Shown here in pieces: positions 40,700 through 52,300 of a stretch of DNA of 64,000 nt. The notes beneath the pieces are model-generated. The model had not been told where the DNA came from. It saw nothing but the letters and a program-made list of their open reading frames with translations, and did no database searches. The translations under genes were made by a program, and so were the position numbers. The stretch is taken from assembly GCA_041746575.1 (NCBI GenBank), contig JBGTGT010000055.1, forward strand, positions 1 to 64,000. Direction: 5' to 3'. Origin of the DNA: Microcystaceae cyanobacterium (GTDB lineage: Bacteria > Cyanobacteriota > Cyanobacteriia > Cyanobacteriales > Microcystaceae). Within the stretch, counting starts at the first letter, position 1. Every line of letters begins with the position of its first letter.

Positions 40700-42934
40700 A
40701 TGACTCACCCATTATGTATCGCTTTTATTTGGCATCAACATCAACCCCTCTACAAATCTCGTCAAGCGAGTACTGATATCACCGGACAATATCGTTTGCC
40801 TTGGGTGCGTCTGCATGGCGTTAAGGATTATTTGGATCTAATCTTGATTTTAGAAAAATATCCCAAGTTACATCAAACAGTCAACTTAGTTCCCTCTTTA
40901 ATCCTGCAATTAGAAGATTACGCTCAAGGACTAGCGATTGATCCCTATCTTGCTTTAACGGTTACCCCCGAAGTTCAGCTAAATCTAGGGCAAAAACAAG
41001 CAATTCTCAGCAATTTCTTTGACGCAAACCACCGTACTCTCATCGACCCCCATCCCCGTTACCGCGAATTGTACGAAGTTCGACAAGAAAAAGGCATAGC
41101 TTGGTGCTTAGAAAACTTTACTCCTCAAGATTACAGTGATTTGTTAATGTGGCATAATCTTGCTTGGATTGATCCCCTCTTTTGGTCAGATCCGGTTATT
41201 GAAACTTGGTTGAAACAAGATAGAAACTTTAGTTTAAGCGATCGCCAGCGTATTATTGCCAAACATCGGGAGATTATTCAGCAAATTCTGCCGAAACATC
41301 GTCAAATGCAGGAATCTGGACAATTAGAAATTACGACAACCCCTTATACTCATCCCATTTTACCTTTACTGGCCGATACAAATTCAGCGCGCGTCGCTAT
41401 TCCTGAAATTGGCTTACCGAAATATCGCTTCCAATGGGCAGAAGATATTCCGAGACATTTATACAAAGCCAGAGAGATATATCGAGATCGCTTCGGAGTA
41501 GCTCCTAGAGGGTTGTGGCCGTCTGAACAGTCCGTTAGTCCTACCATTTTATCCTATATTGCCCAAGCCGGTTTTCAATGGTTATGTTCTGATGAGGCAG
41601 TGCTAGGATGGAGTTTCAGCCACTTTTTCCAACGCGATGAAGTGGGAAATGTGAATCAACCCGAAATCTTGTATCGTCCTTATCGTTTAGGCACTGCTCA
41701 CGGAGATTTATCGCTGGTCTTTCGGGATCATCGTTTATCGGATTTAATCGGCTTCAGCTATAGTGCAATGGACGTAGAAGAAGCAAGTGATGATTTAGTA
41801 GGTCATTTAGAGTCTATTTATCGTTCTTATCGCAATTTTAGCCAAATAGATGCCACCCCTTGGTTAGTCACGATTGCGTTAGATGGGGAAAACTGTTGGG
41901 AAAGTTACGAAAAAGATGGTTTGCCTTTCCTAGAAAAACTCTATCAGCAACTGAGCGAGAGTCAACACCTAAAACTGGTAACTGTCTCTGAATATCTGGC
42001 TAAATACCCTCCTAAGGTAGAAATTCCCTGTCAACAGTTACATAGCGGCTCTTGGGTCGATGGCAGTTTTACGACATGGATTGGCGATCCCGTTAAAAAT
42101 AAGGCATGGGAGTTACTGGGTGCGGCTAGAGAAGTCCTAGCAAGTCATCCCGAAGCTACAGAAGCGAATAATCCTGAAGTCTGGGAAGCATTATACGCCG
42201 CCGAAGGGTCGGATTGGTTTTGGTGGTTTGGCGAAGGTCATTCCTCGAATCATGATGCCATGTTTGATCAATTGTTCCGAGAACATCTCTGGGCAATCTA
42301 CACCGCATTAAATGAACCCATTCCTGCTAATTTACGTCAACCCCTTGAAGATCACCATCGTAAGCGAGATTATCGTCCTGAAGGGTTTATTCATCCCGTT
42401 ATTGATGGTTACGGAGACGAACAAGACTGGGATAAGGCAGGAAAAATCGAAATTGGTGGAGCTTCTGGAACAATGCACCGCGCAAGTGCCGCACAAAGGC
42501 TTTACTTTGGCTTAGATCATCTCAAATTCTATTTACGGATTGATTTTAAACGAGGGATCAAACCGGGCAGAGACTTCCCTAACGAGTTACACTTGCTATG
42601 GTATTATCCCGACCTTCATCATGCCATTTCCCCAGCACCGATTGCTAATATTCCTAACAAACCCCCCATTAATTACTTATTTCGTCACCATGTTGGCATT
42701 GATCTTGTTTCTCAGTTGTCATGGTTTCAAGAAGCGCAACCTGATATCTTCTGGCAAGCAAAAACCCATCGTACCCAAGTGGCAATGGAGCAATGTTTAG
42801 AAATTGGAATTAATTGGGCAGATTTACAGATCAAACCCGATTCTCCCTTGCATTTAGTGGTAGTTTCAGCGGAGGATGGCGAATTCCGAGAAATGATTTT
42901 AGAAGATAAATTGGTAATGCTACAAGTGCCTTAA
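40700..42934 (+). CDS. Glycoside hydrolase family 57 protein
   Basis: WHQHQP, LPWVRLH, HPILPL, GLWPSE, ALDGEN, AEGSDWFWW. Confidence 0.93.
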   Translation: MTHPLCIAFIWHQHQPLYKSRQASTDITGQYRLPWVRLHGVKDYLDLILILEKYPKLHQTVNLVPSLILQLEDYAQGLAIDPYLALTVTPEVQLNLGQKQAILSNFFDANHRTLIDPHPRYRELYEVRQEKGIAWCLENFTPQDYSDLLMWHNLAWIDPLFWSDPVIETWLKQDRNFSLSDRQRIIAKHREIIQQILPKHRQMQESGQLEITTTPYTHPILPLLADTNSARVAIPEIGLPKYRFQWAEDIPRHLYKAREIYRDRFGVAPRGLWPSEQSVSPTILSYIAQAGFQWLCSDEAVLGWSFSHFFQRDEVGNVNQPEILYRPYRLGTAHGDLSLVFRDHRLSDLIGFSYSAMDVEEASDDLVGHLESIYRSYRNFSQIDATPWLVTIALDGENCWESYEKDGLPFLEKLYQQLSESQHLKLVTVSEYLAKYPPKVEIPCQQLHSGSWVDGSFTTWIGDPVKNKAWELLGAAREVLASHPEATEANNPEVWEALYAAEGSDWFWWFGEGHSSNHDAMFDQLFREHLWAIYTALNEPIPANLRQPLEDHHRKRDYRPEGFIHPVIDGYGDEQDWDKAGKIEIGGASGTMHRASAAQRLYFGLDHLKFYLRIDFKRGIKPGRDFPNELHLLWYYPDLHHAISPAPIANIPNKPPINYLFRHHVGIDLVSQLSWFQEAQPDIFWQAKTHRTQVAMEQCLEIGINWADLQIKPDSPLHLVVVSAEDGEFREMILEDKLVMLQVP

Positions 42935-42977
42935 AAAAATGAGACAGAATACCCTCTTAATCCTATCTAAATGGAGC

Positions 42978-43460
42978 AAGAGGACTCCCGCTACACCGAG
43001 GGTTAGCAGAGAATCCCATCAATAAACAGACTGGGTTGCGCAACGTTCTGTCAGGAGAAAGCTTACGCAGTTTGATATTGTGTGTAGAATTAATTATGAT
43101 GAAAAGGTATCCACATTTTGCACGAGCATGTTGACGCTAACTTACGAGTACAAGCTAATCTCAGATAGACAGCAAATTGAGGTCATCGAAAACACCTTAA
43201 ATGTTTGCCGTTCAGTTTGGAATTATGCTCTAAGAGAACGTAAAGATTGGCTCTTGTCTCGTAAATTTCCTGTAAATACTGGCTCTGTAAAACAAGAATA
43301 TATTATCCCTGTTGACACCGCTTATCCTAATTACCACAATCAAGCTAAAGCCTTAGCAGAAGAGAAGAAAACTAACGATTAGTTTGAAAAGCAGGAAACT
43401 GAAATGCGAGTTTAAGAATCCCCCGTCGAGGGTGTAGCTTGACGGCTGGAGTATGTTAAT
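42978..43460 (+). mobile_element. tnpB: Internally deleted IS200/IS605 element with a tnpB 5' fragment (43128-43382)
   Basis: MLTLTYEYKL..CRSVWNYALRERKDW N-terminus, followed by right-end-like AGAATCCCCGTC..GACGG..TATGTTAA. Confidence 0.75.
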
Positions 43461-43521
43461 AGTATTTATTAAGTTTCACGGAGTTCTTTCGACATTGTAG
43501 TCATCTAGTTTTTATTAGGAA

Positions 43522-44556
43522 TTAACTTTCCGTCATGACTCGTAGGCGAATGGTGATTTCTCCACTTTCATCTAATTGAACTTCAATCATCTCCCCAGAT
43601 AGGGTTTCTAACGCCGTTAAAAGCGATCGCAGATTGGGATTACTTGCCCCGGTATCCACATATAAGCGATCGGCTAACTTGCCAATTCGTTTCCAAGTAG
43701 TGTAAAGTTTTCCGACCATTTGTTCGAGTTGAGTCGCTTGCTTAACCAAATCAGAGGTTGTATTTAAACAATCTAAACGCAGGGCTTCTTCTAAAGCCAT
43801 TTCAATGTCAATGGGGGTTTTTCTTAAGGCTTGAACTTGAGCGGCGGCATCTAAATATTTGGCTAAATTACGGGCAGAAGTCGTTAGGGTTTTCGCCGTA
43901 TCCACATCAGGACTTTCTTGAATCTCTTTCTGAATGGCGGCTAAATGGGTACTGGGCAACTTTTCTAATTCTTTGACGAGTGGGGCAAGATAACGGGCAG
44001 GAAGCGTTCCATCTGAGGCTTTTTCTTTGACTTCCGTGGGCAATAATTCAGAACTCATGGCAGTCCATTCATCGGATAATTGTTTCACTTCCCGACGAGT
44101 AATGCGATCGCCTTTTTGAGCGGCTTCACTGACTAATTGTTGAATTTCGGGGGACGATTTAGCCGTTTCGACGAAGGCATTTTTACTAAAATTATTAATA
44201 CTAGCCGGATCAAGTAATCCTTCTGCTAACAAGGTATCCGCACTATTAGCCAATTGAATCAGAGAATAAGCTTGAGATTTAGTAATTTCCCGTTGTTTTA
44301 GCCAATTTAAGAAACCGGTTCCCCGTCCATCCCCTCCTTGCTTTTCTCGATCTCGAATTGCCCTTAAAATACGCCCGCGCCAGATATCGGTTTGTAAGTC
44401 GAAGCGATCGCACACTTTCCAAATAGCATCGAGTTGTTGCTGAAAATCGTGTTCTTGTAGGTCTTCATCTTCAGGATCCGGCAATTGGAAGTTAAAGTCA
44501 ACTGGGGTATCTAAGGCTTCAGCAATCTCTTGCGGGGAAGGGGAAAGGTGGGTCAT
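43522..44556 (-). CDS. Conserved hypothetical cyanobacterial protein
   Basis: 344-aa ORF containing several HIP1 sites, native-like. Confidence 0.75.
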   Translation of the reverse strand: MTHLSPSPQEIAEALDTPVDFNFQLPDPEDEDLQEHDFQQQLDAIWKVCDRFDLQTDIWRGRILRAIRDREKQGGDGRGTGFLNWLKQREITKSQAYSLIQLANSADTLLAEGLLDPASINNFSKNAFVETAKSSPEIQQLVSEAAQKGDRITRREVKQLSDEWTAMSSELLPTEVKEKASDGTLPARYLAPLVKELEKLPSTHLAAIQKEIQESPDVDTAKTLTTSARNLAKYLDAAAQVQALRKTPIDIEMALEEALRLDCLNTTSDLVKQATQLEQMVGKLYTTWKRIGKLADRLYVDTGASNPNLRSLLTALETLSGEMIEVQLDESGEITIRLRVMTES

Positions 44557-44713
44557 AAAAAGGAATCGGTGAAAAATATCAGACAGCTAAAATTCGGATC
44601 ATTATTGTAGCAGTAACCTGTTATTCGGTGATCAACGACCTGAAGGCGTCCTTTTTTGACTGACTGGGAGAGCGCGTTTTTGTTAGAATTACGGGGTGAA
44701 AATCTAAGAATCA

Positions 44714-46150
44714 TTGAACCTGATGGAAAATTCATGGCAGAAACTTTTGAACTTTTTAAGGTATCCGCTTTTTAAAGTTGGTGATAGTATTTTTACCCTC
44801 ATTTCACTGGCGGATTTACTCATTTTGCTCTTTTTAGTTTATGGGTTTGCCCGCTTAACAAAATGGATAGCCAAACGGTGGTTACTCGCCCGTTTAGGAG
44901 TAGATGATCTAGGCAGTCAAGAAGCGATCGCTAAATTATTAGCATACATTGTTGCCATTCTCGGTTCGATTTTAGGCTTAAGAATTGTCGGGGTTAATCT
45001 GACTTCTTTAGCGGTTGTTTTGGGGGGATTGGGTATTGGAATTGGTTTTGGTTTACAAGAGATCACCAGAGATTTTATCAGTGGCTTAATTTTACTTTTG
45101 GATCGTTCGGTTAAAGTAAACGATTATATTCAGTTGGCAGAAAATAACGGGTTTAAAGAAGTTAAAGGATTGATCAAAAATATCTCTTTTCTAGTGACAA
45201 TCATTGAAGTCGACAATGGAGGAAATTTAATCATTCCCAATAATGCCATTGTGTCTGCACCTGTCTTAAATTGGAGTTACGGCACCTCTCAAACCCTACT
45301 TGAAATTCCGATTAAAGTTCAACCCAATACAGATTTAGTTCTCTTGGCAGAAACGGTTTTAAAGGTAGCTTATCGTAATCCGAATATTTTAGCCGAACCT
45401 GCACCTCAATGGATTTTTAAGAAAATTGAAAGCAGTTACTGGGAGTTTGTTCTACAAGTCTGGATTAGAGATGTTCGGGATCAAGATAATATTATCAGTG
45501 CGCTGAATTACACGATTGAGTATTATTTACGTCAACAACGAATTCAATTAGCTTTTCCCACGCAACGCTTTCTATTCGATACGCCACCTACCTCACCGAT
45601 TTTACTAGAAGGGAATGGTTTAACGATCAATAAAGAAATTTCAGTCCGCGATTTACTGAAACAGATGGTTTATTTCAATACTCTTAATGAATTAGAATTG
45701 CGCCAATTAGTTGAGATTGGTTATCATCGTTATTTAAAGACAGAAGAAATTTTGTTTGATGAAGGAGATCCGGGGGATGCTTTTTATATTATTTTAGAAG
45801 GACGGGTAGAAATTTTTGTTTCTAAGATTAATAAGCAATTAGCGATTCTAGAAAAAGGAGCATTCTTTGGAGAATTAGCCCTCTTATTAGGCATTCCAAG
45901 AACAGCTTCAGTTAAGGCAATAGTGCCAACCACTTTATTTGCTATTGATAAGATTAAATTCCAAAATCTGTTACAAAGTTATCCCGATATGGCTGAAATT
46001 ATTATGAATAGTTTAGCCGGACATCAAGAAGAATTAACCCTGCGTCAAAAAGAATTACGAAAAATGGGACTGATTGATGAAAACGAAGACGATACAAATC
46101 CGGTGACTTGGATGCGAAAACGATTAGGAAAGTTATTTTTGAATAAATAA
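44714..46150 (+). CDS. MscS-family channel fused to a cyclic-nucleotide-binding domain (bCNG-like)
   Basis: GIGIGFGLQ..FISGLILL, IIPN; EGDPGDAFYII..FFGELALL..RTASV. Confidence 0.9.
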   Translation: MNLMENSWQKLLNFLRYPLFKVGDSIFTLISLADLLILLFLVYGFARLTKWIAKRWLLARLGVDDLGSQEAIAKLLAYIVAILGSILGLRIVGVNLTSLAVVLGGLGIGIGFGLQEITRDFISGLILLLDRSVKVNDYIQLAENNGFKEVKGLIKNISFLVTIIEVDNGGNLIIPNNAIVSAPVLNWSYGTSQTLLEIPIKVQPNTDLVLLAETVLKVAYRNPNILAEPAPQWIFKKIESSYWEFVLQVWIRDVRDQDNIISALNYTIEYYLRQQRIQLAFPTQRFLFDTPPTSPILLEGNGLTINKEISVRDLLKQMVYFNTLNELELRQLVEIGYHRYLKTEEILFDEGDPGDAFYIILEGRVEIFVSKINKQLAILEKGAFFGELALLLGIPRTASVKAIVPTTLFAIDKIKFQNLLQSYPDMAEIIMNSLAGHQEELTLRQKELRKMGLIDENEDDTNPVTWMRKRLGKLFLNK

Positions 46151-46193
46151 TTTTATAAGGATGTTCTGATAAATTGTCCCTACGTTATTGGTA

Positions 46194-46358
46194 AACGTGA
46201 GTTCGACAATTAGAAAATCTACGAGACTTCTTTATTTAATTTTTTTGTGCAGGGAGTTTGGGGGGCTAGTCCCCCAATTAAGAATTTGTTTTTCTTTTCC
46301 TAATCCCAATGAGAATGAATAAAAGGATTGAGATAATTGCCCTCGTCGAACTCACGTT
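46194..46358. mobile_element. 165-bp MITE-like element with perfect 14-bp terminal inverted repeats
   Basis: AACGTGAGTTCGAC ... GTCGAACTCACGTT; non-coding; no clear TSD. Confidence 0.8.
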
Positions 46359-46366
46359 GATTAAGA

Positions 46367-46957
46367 TTAAAAATCTACTTCATCCGCAAAACTTGCCCAA
46401 CGGCGAAAATAAAATGCCCCTGCAATTGAACCCCAAATCAATTCATCTGTTTCAGGATCATAACCCCGATCTAAACTAATTAGTTCGTCTTCATTAACTT
46501 CAAAACTATTATCTAAATAGGTGGTTTTATTATTGCGAACGACGAGACAATTTTTACCCGGTTTAACGACTCCTTTAAAGTGCGTTCCAGTCCATGTTAC
46601 CGTCATATCGCACCCCGATAACTTTTCGATATTCTCAGCCGTTAATTGCTTCAATCGTTCTGGCTCTCGCGCCGCCCCATAAAATTTTTCTTCTTCTTTA
46701 ACTTTATAATTTTCCCATTCAATACGCTCATCGACAATCTTCAGTTTAAAAACCCTTAAACGATAAGGACGGTTTAGCATGAAATCATAAGCTTGCTCTA
46801 AAAATAAAGCGGGTTCGCCCAGTTGGGCAAGGGATAAAGGACGAACACATACCCGTATATTGGCATATAAAGGGGGATTAGCAAAAGCTTGTTCTTGATT
46901 GCTAAAGTCTGCCGCCATCCAACGGGCTAAGGTTCTAATGTCGGTTGCGTGAGGCAT
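46367..46957 (-). CDS. cpcT: Phycobilin lyase, CpcT/CpeT family
   Basis: LARWMAADFSNQEQA, EQAY..PYR, DRGYD..IWGS. Confidence 0.9.
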   Translation of the reverse strand: MPHATDIRTLARWMAADFSNQEQAFANPPLYANIRVCVRPLSLAQLGEPALFLEQAYDFMLNRPYRLRVFKLKIVDERIEWENYKVKEEEKFYGAAREPERLKQLTAENIEKLSGCDMTVTWTGTHFKGVVKPGKNCLVVRNNKTTYLDNSFEVNEDELISLDRGYDPETDELIWGSIAGAFYFRRWASFADEVDF

Positions 46958-47021
46958 GAAAGCAAATCGGTAACTATGGTTGTTTATTTTACCCTATGAC
47001 GGTTATTTTCATTGCAGTTTA

Positions 47022-47576
47022 TTAAGGTTGGCTTTGTTCAATGACGGTTTGAGTCGGTTGTAAGAGTTCGCTGGGTTTTAATCCTACTCTGTGAACGATA
47101 AATAGAGAACTTCCCGCAAAAAGAGCGATAACTGCGACTAAACTACCGGTTAACATCCTGACTTGCTTACGTAAAGTTTGAACTTCTCGCAATTTTGCTT
47201 GGACTTCGGGGGGAGATAATTGACGATCAATAATGGTAACCGGCGCGATCGGTTCTTTTTTAAATTCTACCAGAGAATAAAGGTAATTCGCCACTAATTT
47301 GGGACAGTAAGCTTGAAAAATTCGCACTGCTAAAATAAGAATCAGGGGTTTAGAAGAGGAAGCAATCAATTTTAATAAAGGACTCACCACTTTTAAAGGA
47401 ATTTTTTGATTGACTAGATTGATGGTGCCAACATCATAAAGATTTCCTAAAATGAGCCTAGCAGTTGCTGTTTCGCGTTTGAAAAGATTATCTAATAATA
47501 ATAAAACATCTCGCATTTTTTCCTGTTCTTGTGCTTGTTCTTGCAAACTGGGAATCGGTTTAATGAGCTTAGACAT
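47022..47576 (-). CDS. Conserved hypothetical membrane protein
   Basis: 184-aa ORF with a late TM helix. Confidence 0.65.
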   Translation of the reverse strand: MSKLIKPIPSLQEQAQEQEKMRDVLLLLDNLFKRETATARLILGNLYDVGTINLVNQKIPLKVVSPLLKLIASSSKPLILILAVRIFQAYCPKLVANYLYSLVEFKKEPIAPVTIIDRQLSPPEVQAKLREVQTLRKQVRMLTGSLVAVIALFAGSSLFIVHRVGLKPSELLQPTQTVIEQSQP

Positions 47577-47752
47577 AAAAAATTAAGTAATTGTAAACTT
47601 CGTCAGTTTTATGATCACCATTCTCTTCTAAAATGACGAATTCTGCACTTTTTGACATTGATCTATCGGAAGAATGACCGTTATTTGATGCTTGAATTAC
47701 ATCATTTCGATGCAAAAAATGCCTTTTTATGCTTGCGTGACAATTTCATCTT

Positions 47753-47862
47753 TCAAAACAGGTAAAACGTCGTGCCAACCCCAACGACACTCTCAATCTC
47801 AATTGTGCCTTGACAGGCTTCTACACAACGCTGAACAATGGCCAAACCAATCCATTACCGAG
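47753..47862 (-). pseudogene. Histidine kinase HATPase_c C-terminal remnant
   Basis: (GNG)IGLAIVQRCVEACQGTIEIESVVGVGTTFYLF* = G2 box and final strands. Confidence 0.75.
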
Positions 47863-48066
47863 GATCAGTCGCACACGAATTAGGCTGGTTAAAACTATAG
47901 GGCGATTGTCACCTTTTCTTCTACCTTAACGTAAACAGGAACTATCTTTATTATATTTTTTTGAGGGTTTAGCGGCTGAGAAAATTTAATAAAGCGATCG
48001 CACATTTGTACGGTCAAAAGCCTACCAAAGTAGGCTAAGGAAGGGAATGAGGAAAGTCACTAACTT

Positions 48067-48513
48067 CTACAATTCGCCACGAATTTCTTCGACCATGCCA
48101 TCTCTAACGAGGACTTCAACCGATAGCTTTTTAACCAAGTTATCACCTTTTTCGAGACGAAAGAAGCTCTCCATTTGGGCTTGGACGACTTCCTGATTCA
48201 GTTCAACTAATTGAACTTGTTGCATTTGTTGGAGAAATTGGTTTTTTTGTTGCAACAGTTCATTCTTTTTCTGATTGATTTGGGATTGAATATTGTCAAT
48301 TTGTTGTTGAGTTTGAGGTCCGATGGGAATCGTACTTTGTTTCTGAATTTCTGAAATCATGCGTTGCCCTTGGGCATCGAGTTGTTGCATTTGACTATCA
48401 ATTTGATTGATTTGTAGCTGTAGCTGTTGCTGTGCCTCTTCTTTCCATGTTGGGGTTACAATCACTTTAATCGGAATGACTCGTTTTAAGGTTAAATACT
48501 TGGTTTCTTCCAT
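48067..48513 (-). CDS. YlqD-family protein
   Basis: LKRVIPIKVIVTPTWKEE..EVLVRDGMVEEIRG; ATG start MEETK preferred. Confidence 0.85.
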   Translation of the reverse strand: MEETKYLTLKRVIPIKVIVTPTWKEEAQQQLQLQINQIDSQMQQLDAQGQRMISEIQKQSTIPIGPQTQQQIDNIQSQINQKKNELLQQKNQFLQQMQQVQLVELNQEVVQAQMESFFRLEKGDNLVKKLSVEVLVRDGMVEEIRGEL

Positions 48514-48700
48514 GATTTTTTGATCCTGAGTAAGCAAATGGGTTAAGACTGACCTGTTATATCATCAATGATGTTCTGCCATTTGACAAGTAAGGCTATT
48601 ATCTTCAGCGACTGGCTAAGAGGCGAGCGTCTCAGTCTTCAGTCCAAAAACAGAGGGGAAGGGAAAAAGGACGCAACTTCTGCGCCCCTGAGTTAAATTG

Positions 48701-49024
48701 TTAAGCTTGATCGCTTTTTTGGGGAGAAATTACGAATTTATACAATCCGTAGAAAATAATCGCCAAAATACCTAAACTAATCAAGGAGGCGACTAATTTT
48801 AAGACCATATTCAAGAGGGAAAAAATCACTAAAATTCCCCCAATGACGACTATTGCTTTGATGGGGGTGGACAGGCCTTGATACCACAAGCGAAAGCGGT
48901 TAACGGTGGTTTCTAGGGTTTGGGAAGCGTTTTTCAACCGAATGGGGGTTGTCTCAAAGGTATCGTTTACCTCTTTTTCTAATTCTTCTAATCGTTGTTG
49001 CCACTGTTTTTGCTCGTCAGACAT
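48701..49024 (-). CDS. Hypothetical membrane protein
   Basis: N-terminal coil followed by two TM helices. Confidence 0.7.
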   Translation of the reverse strand: MSDEQKQWQQRLEELEKEVNDTFETTPIRLKNASQTLETTVNRFRLWYQGLSTPIKAIVVIGGILVIFSLLNMVLKLVASLISLGILAIIFYGLYKFVISPQKSDQA

Positions 49025-49359
49025 AGGACACTAGGGTGTATCGTGAAAAGGGTTCTCTTAATAATCTAGATCAACACGCCCCCAAGCGATCGCGCTTTGT
49101 TACGTAAAGTTGCGAAGCGGGGAAGTATAATTTAACCTCTTTGAGTTTTTAAGGAAAATCTTGGCTAAGATTGATTTTTTTGCAAATTCCCGAATTCTTC
49201 TCCCTAGTTCCTTCTGATTGCCCTCTGATTCTAAGAATAACGAATTTATTTTTTTTGAAGCAAATTGCGAGTTAATATCATACCCCTTTGGGCGCAAACC
49301 TTGCACCTTTACCATCACTACCCTATTGATATAAAACAATGAGTCAATACATTGAGAAT

Positions 49360-52300
49360 TTATGAGCTTGCCTCCGTATCATCAATAATTGTATCTCGGT
49401 CTAACAATAAGAGGTTTCTTAATTGTGCTGTATCTAATTGAGTTAACCAGTTTTCTCCCGCCTCAATCGTTTGTTCCGCAAGTTGTTTTTTACTTTCTAG
49501 CATCTCATTAATTTTCTCTTCTAAAGTGCCGCTACAGACGAATTTATGCACTTGAACATTTTGTTTTTGACCAATCCGAAAAGCGCGATCTGTTGCTTGA
49601 TTTTCTACGGCTGGATTCCACCAACGATCAATATGAAAAACATGATTAGCGCGAGTTAAATTTAAGCCTGTTCCTCCTGCCTTTAAGGACAAAATAAATA
49701 AATGTGGAGCAGAAGGATCATTTTGAAATCGATCTACCATTGCTTGACGTTGTTCTCGTTTAGTTGCACCGTAAAGCCAGAAAACATCTTGTTTGAATTT
49801 CTTTTCTAGATAGGACTTAAGCAGTTTACCCCATTCAGAAAACTGAGTAAAAATTAAGGCATGATCTCCTTCTTCGATTACTTCTTCTAACATTTCCTCT
49901 AATCTTAAAATCTTACCTGATCTGTTACTTTTGTCAAGGCTTTTTTCTTTATTAAAATGCGCAGGATGATTACAAATTTGTTTTAATTTCATTAGCAGAG
50001 TTAGAATTAAACCCTGTCGTTGAATCCCTTCAGCACCCGAAATTGTTGCTAAGGATTGCTCAACTAACTGTTGATAGAGTTGGGCTTGTTCTTGGGATAA
50101 ACCACAAAAAACGGTCATTTCTTGCTTTTCGGGTAAATCTTGAATAATACTTTTATCCGTTTTCAAGCGGCGAAGAATAAAAGGACGAACTAAAGAACGC
50201 AAAATTTGCAAGGATTCTTGATCCCCATATTTTTCAATGGGGGTAGCAAAACGTCTCTGAAAAAACTGTTTATTCCCTAAAAAGTCAGGATTTAAAAAGT
50301 CAAGAATTGACCATAGTTCTGACAAACGATTTTCAACAGGTGTACCTGTCAAAGCAATCCGAAAACCCGTTGCTAGTTGTCGCACCGCTAGAGATTGTTT
50401 TGCTTGAGAATTTTTAATATTTTGTGCTTCGTCTAACACAATTCCTTGCCAAGAAATGTTGACAAAAGTTTTTAAATCCCGATATACTAAGGCATAACTG
50501 GTAATCACAATATCCTTGTCTTTAACCCTACTTGCAAAGGCTTTGCCGCTGTTTCTATCACTGCCATGATGGACTAAAACGGATAAACTAGGGGCAAATT
50601 TTTGAGCTTCCCTTTCCCAATTATTAATCACAGAAGTTGGGCAAACAATTAAAGTTGGATTTTCCAGTTTATTTTCGGCTTTAAGATGAAGAAGAAAGCC
50701 TAATAATTGTAGGGTTTTCCCTAAACCCATATCATCTGCTAAACAAGCTCCTAAACCCCATTTTTCTAGAAAAACTAACCAACCAACCCCTCTTCCTTGA
50801 TAGGGACGAAGCGTTCCTTTAAAACCCATCGGATGGTCAATGGGTTGAACGGCTTCATTATTGGTTAAATGATTGAGTAATTCTTGTAAAATTCCAGTTG
50901 CTTCAAATTGAACAACAGGCAATTTTGCTAAGGTTTGCGTGACTCCAATTTGTAGACGAAGGGCATCTTCAACGGTTAAGTTTTCTGTGGCATAGGATTG
51001 ATTTAAAATAGATTGTGCCGCTCGAACATCGGCCGGTTGTAAGGCAATCCACTGTCCATTCACTTGAACTAATGGAGATCTTTGTGCGAGTAATTTATTA
51101 AAGTCTTGGATTGAAATTATTTGATCACCTATCAGCAATTTTAAATCGTAATTTAGTAAACTTTTTAAACTTAAATGTTCTCCTTTTTTGAGCTTCACTT
51201 CTGCTTCTAATTTTACCCCTAATCGTCGTTCTGTTGTTCCTTCTGCTAAACTGTGGGGCAGGATAACGCCTAAGCCATTATTTTGTAATTGCCATGCAGT
51301 TGAGCGTAAAAACTCATAAACTTGAATCGGATCTAAAGAACAATCATAAGGAATCTCTTGCAAGAGACTATCTGCAATGGGAGAATACAAACGAGAAGCC
51401 ATTCCTAAGCCTTTTAGGAGGGTTTCTGGCGCATTGTCTAGAATACGATTACCCGCCACTAAAGAGGGATTGGGATTATTAAAAATAGCCGCTGAACTGA
51501 TCAGGCAATTGGGATCATCTAAAGCCTGTAAATGATAAAGGAGTTTCCAGTTTAACGCTCCTGCTTCTAAAGATGTAATTGAGGGAGGTTCAAGTACTAA
51601 GCAAAGACGAAAAGCGTTTCTTTTAAACTGATTATTCTCAAAATTAATAATATATTCTTGATAAGAAAATGTCCAATTATAAAGAGAGTTTTTCAGTGTT
51701 TTTAGGGATTTAGTTGCCATGTCTAAATCTCCCGATGGATGAGTTAAAGATTGTAAAAAAGGTTGAATCATTAGGGGTTTAGTTCCCGTCGAAACCTGCG
51801 TAATCCCTTGACGAACTTGAGCATTCAAGATTTCAATTAAAAAATGAGAGAGAAGAAATTGAGGGTTTAATTCTTCATCCTTATCATCCGATTGGTCTAA
51901 GAAGCATTCATAGGCATAACAAGACCTCGGCATTTGCTGGGAAAACTGCGCCAATCGCGTTTGATCGATGGTACTATCTATTACTGGATACCAATAACTC
52001 TGCGGATGTTTAGGATGAACACCCGATAAAAATTTACCTCTCACTACCAAATCGAGAATCCAGCGATAAACGTGTGTCCAGTATTGTAAATCTTGTCCAA
52101 TTAACGAGTTATTTTCTAAAAGATTTAAAGGTAAGTTGATCAAAAACTCAATAGCAACTTCAACGTTTAATCGCATTCCTTCAACTTGCCAAGAAAAATA
52201 AGTCAGAGAATTTAAGTCAATATCTTGCTGTAATACAGTTGTGGAAAGTGTTGGAAAAACTTGATTTTTCTTTTTTGATTCCTGTGTAGGAAGGGTAATA

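Noticed and set aside
44714..46150. MscS-cNMP fusion as novel
   Set aside because: Matches the described bacterial cyclic-nucleotide-gated MscS subfamily.
47692..47883. 63-aa + strand ORF
   Set aside because: Antisense to the histidine-kinase relic, with no coding features.
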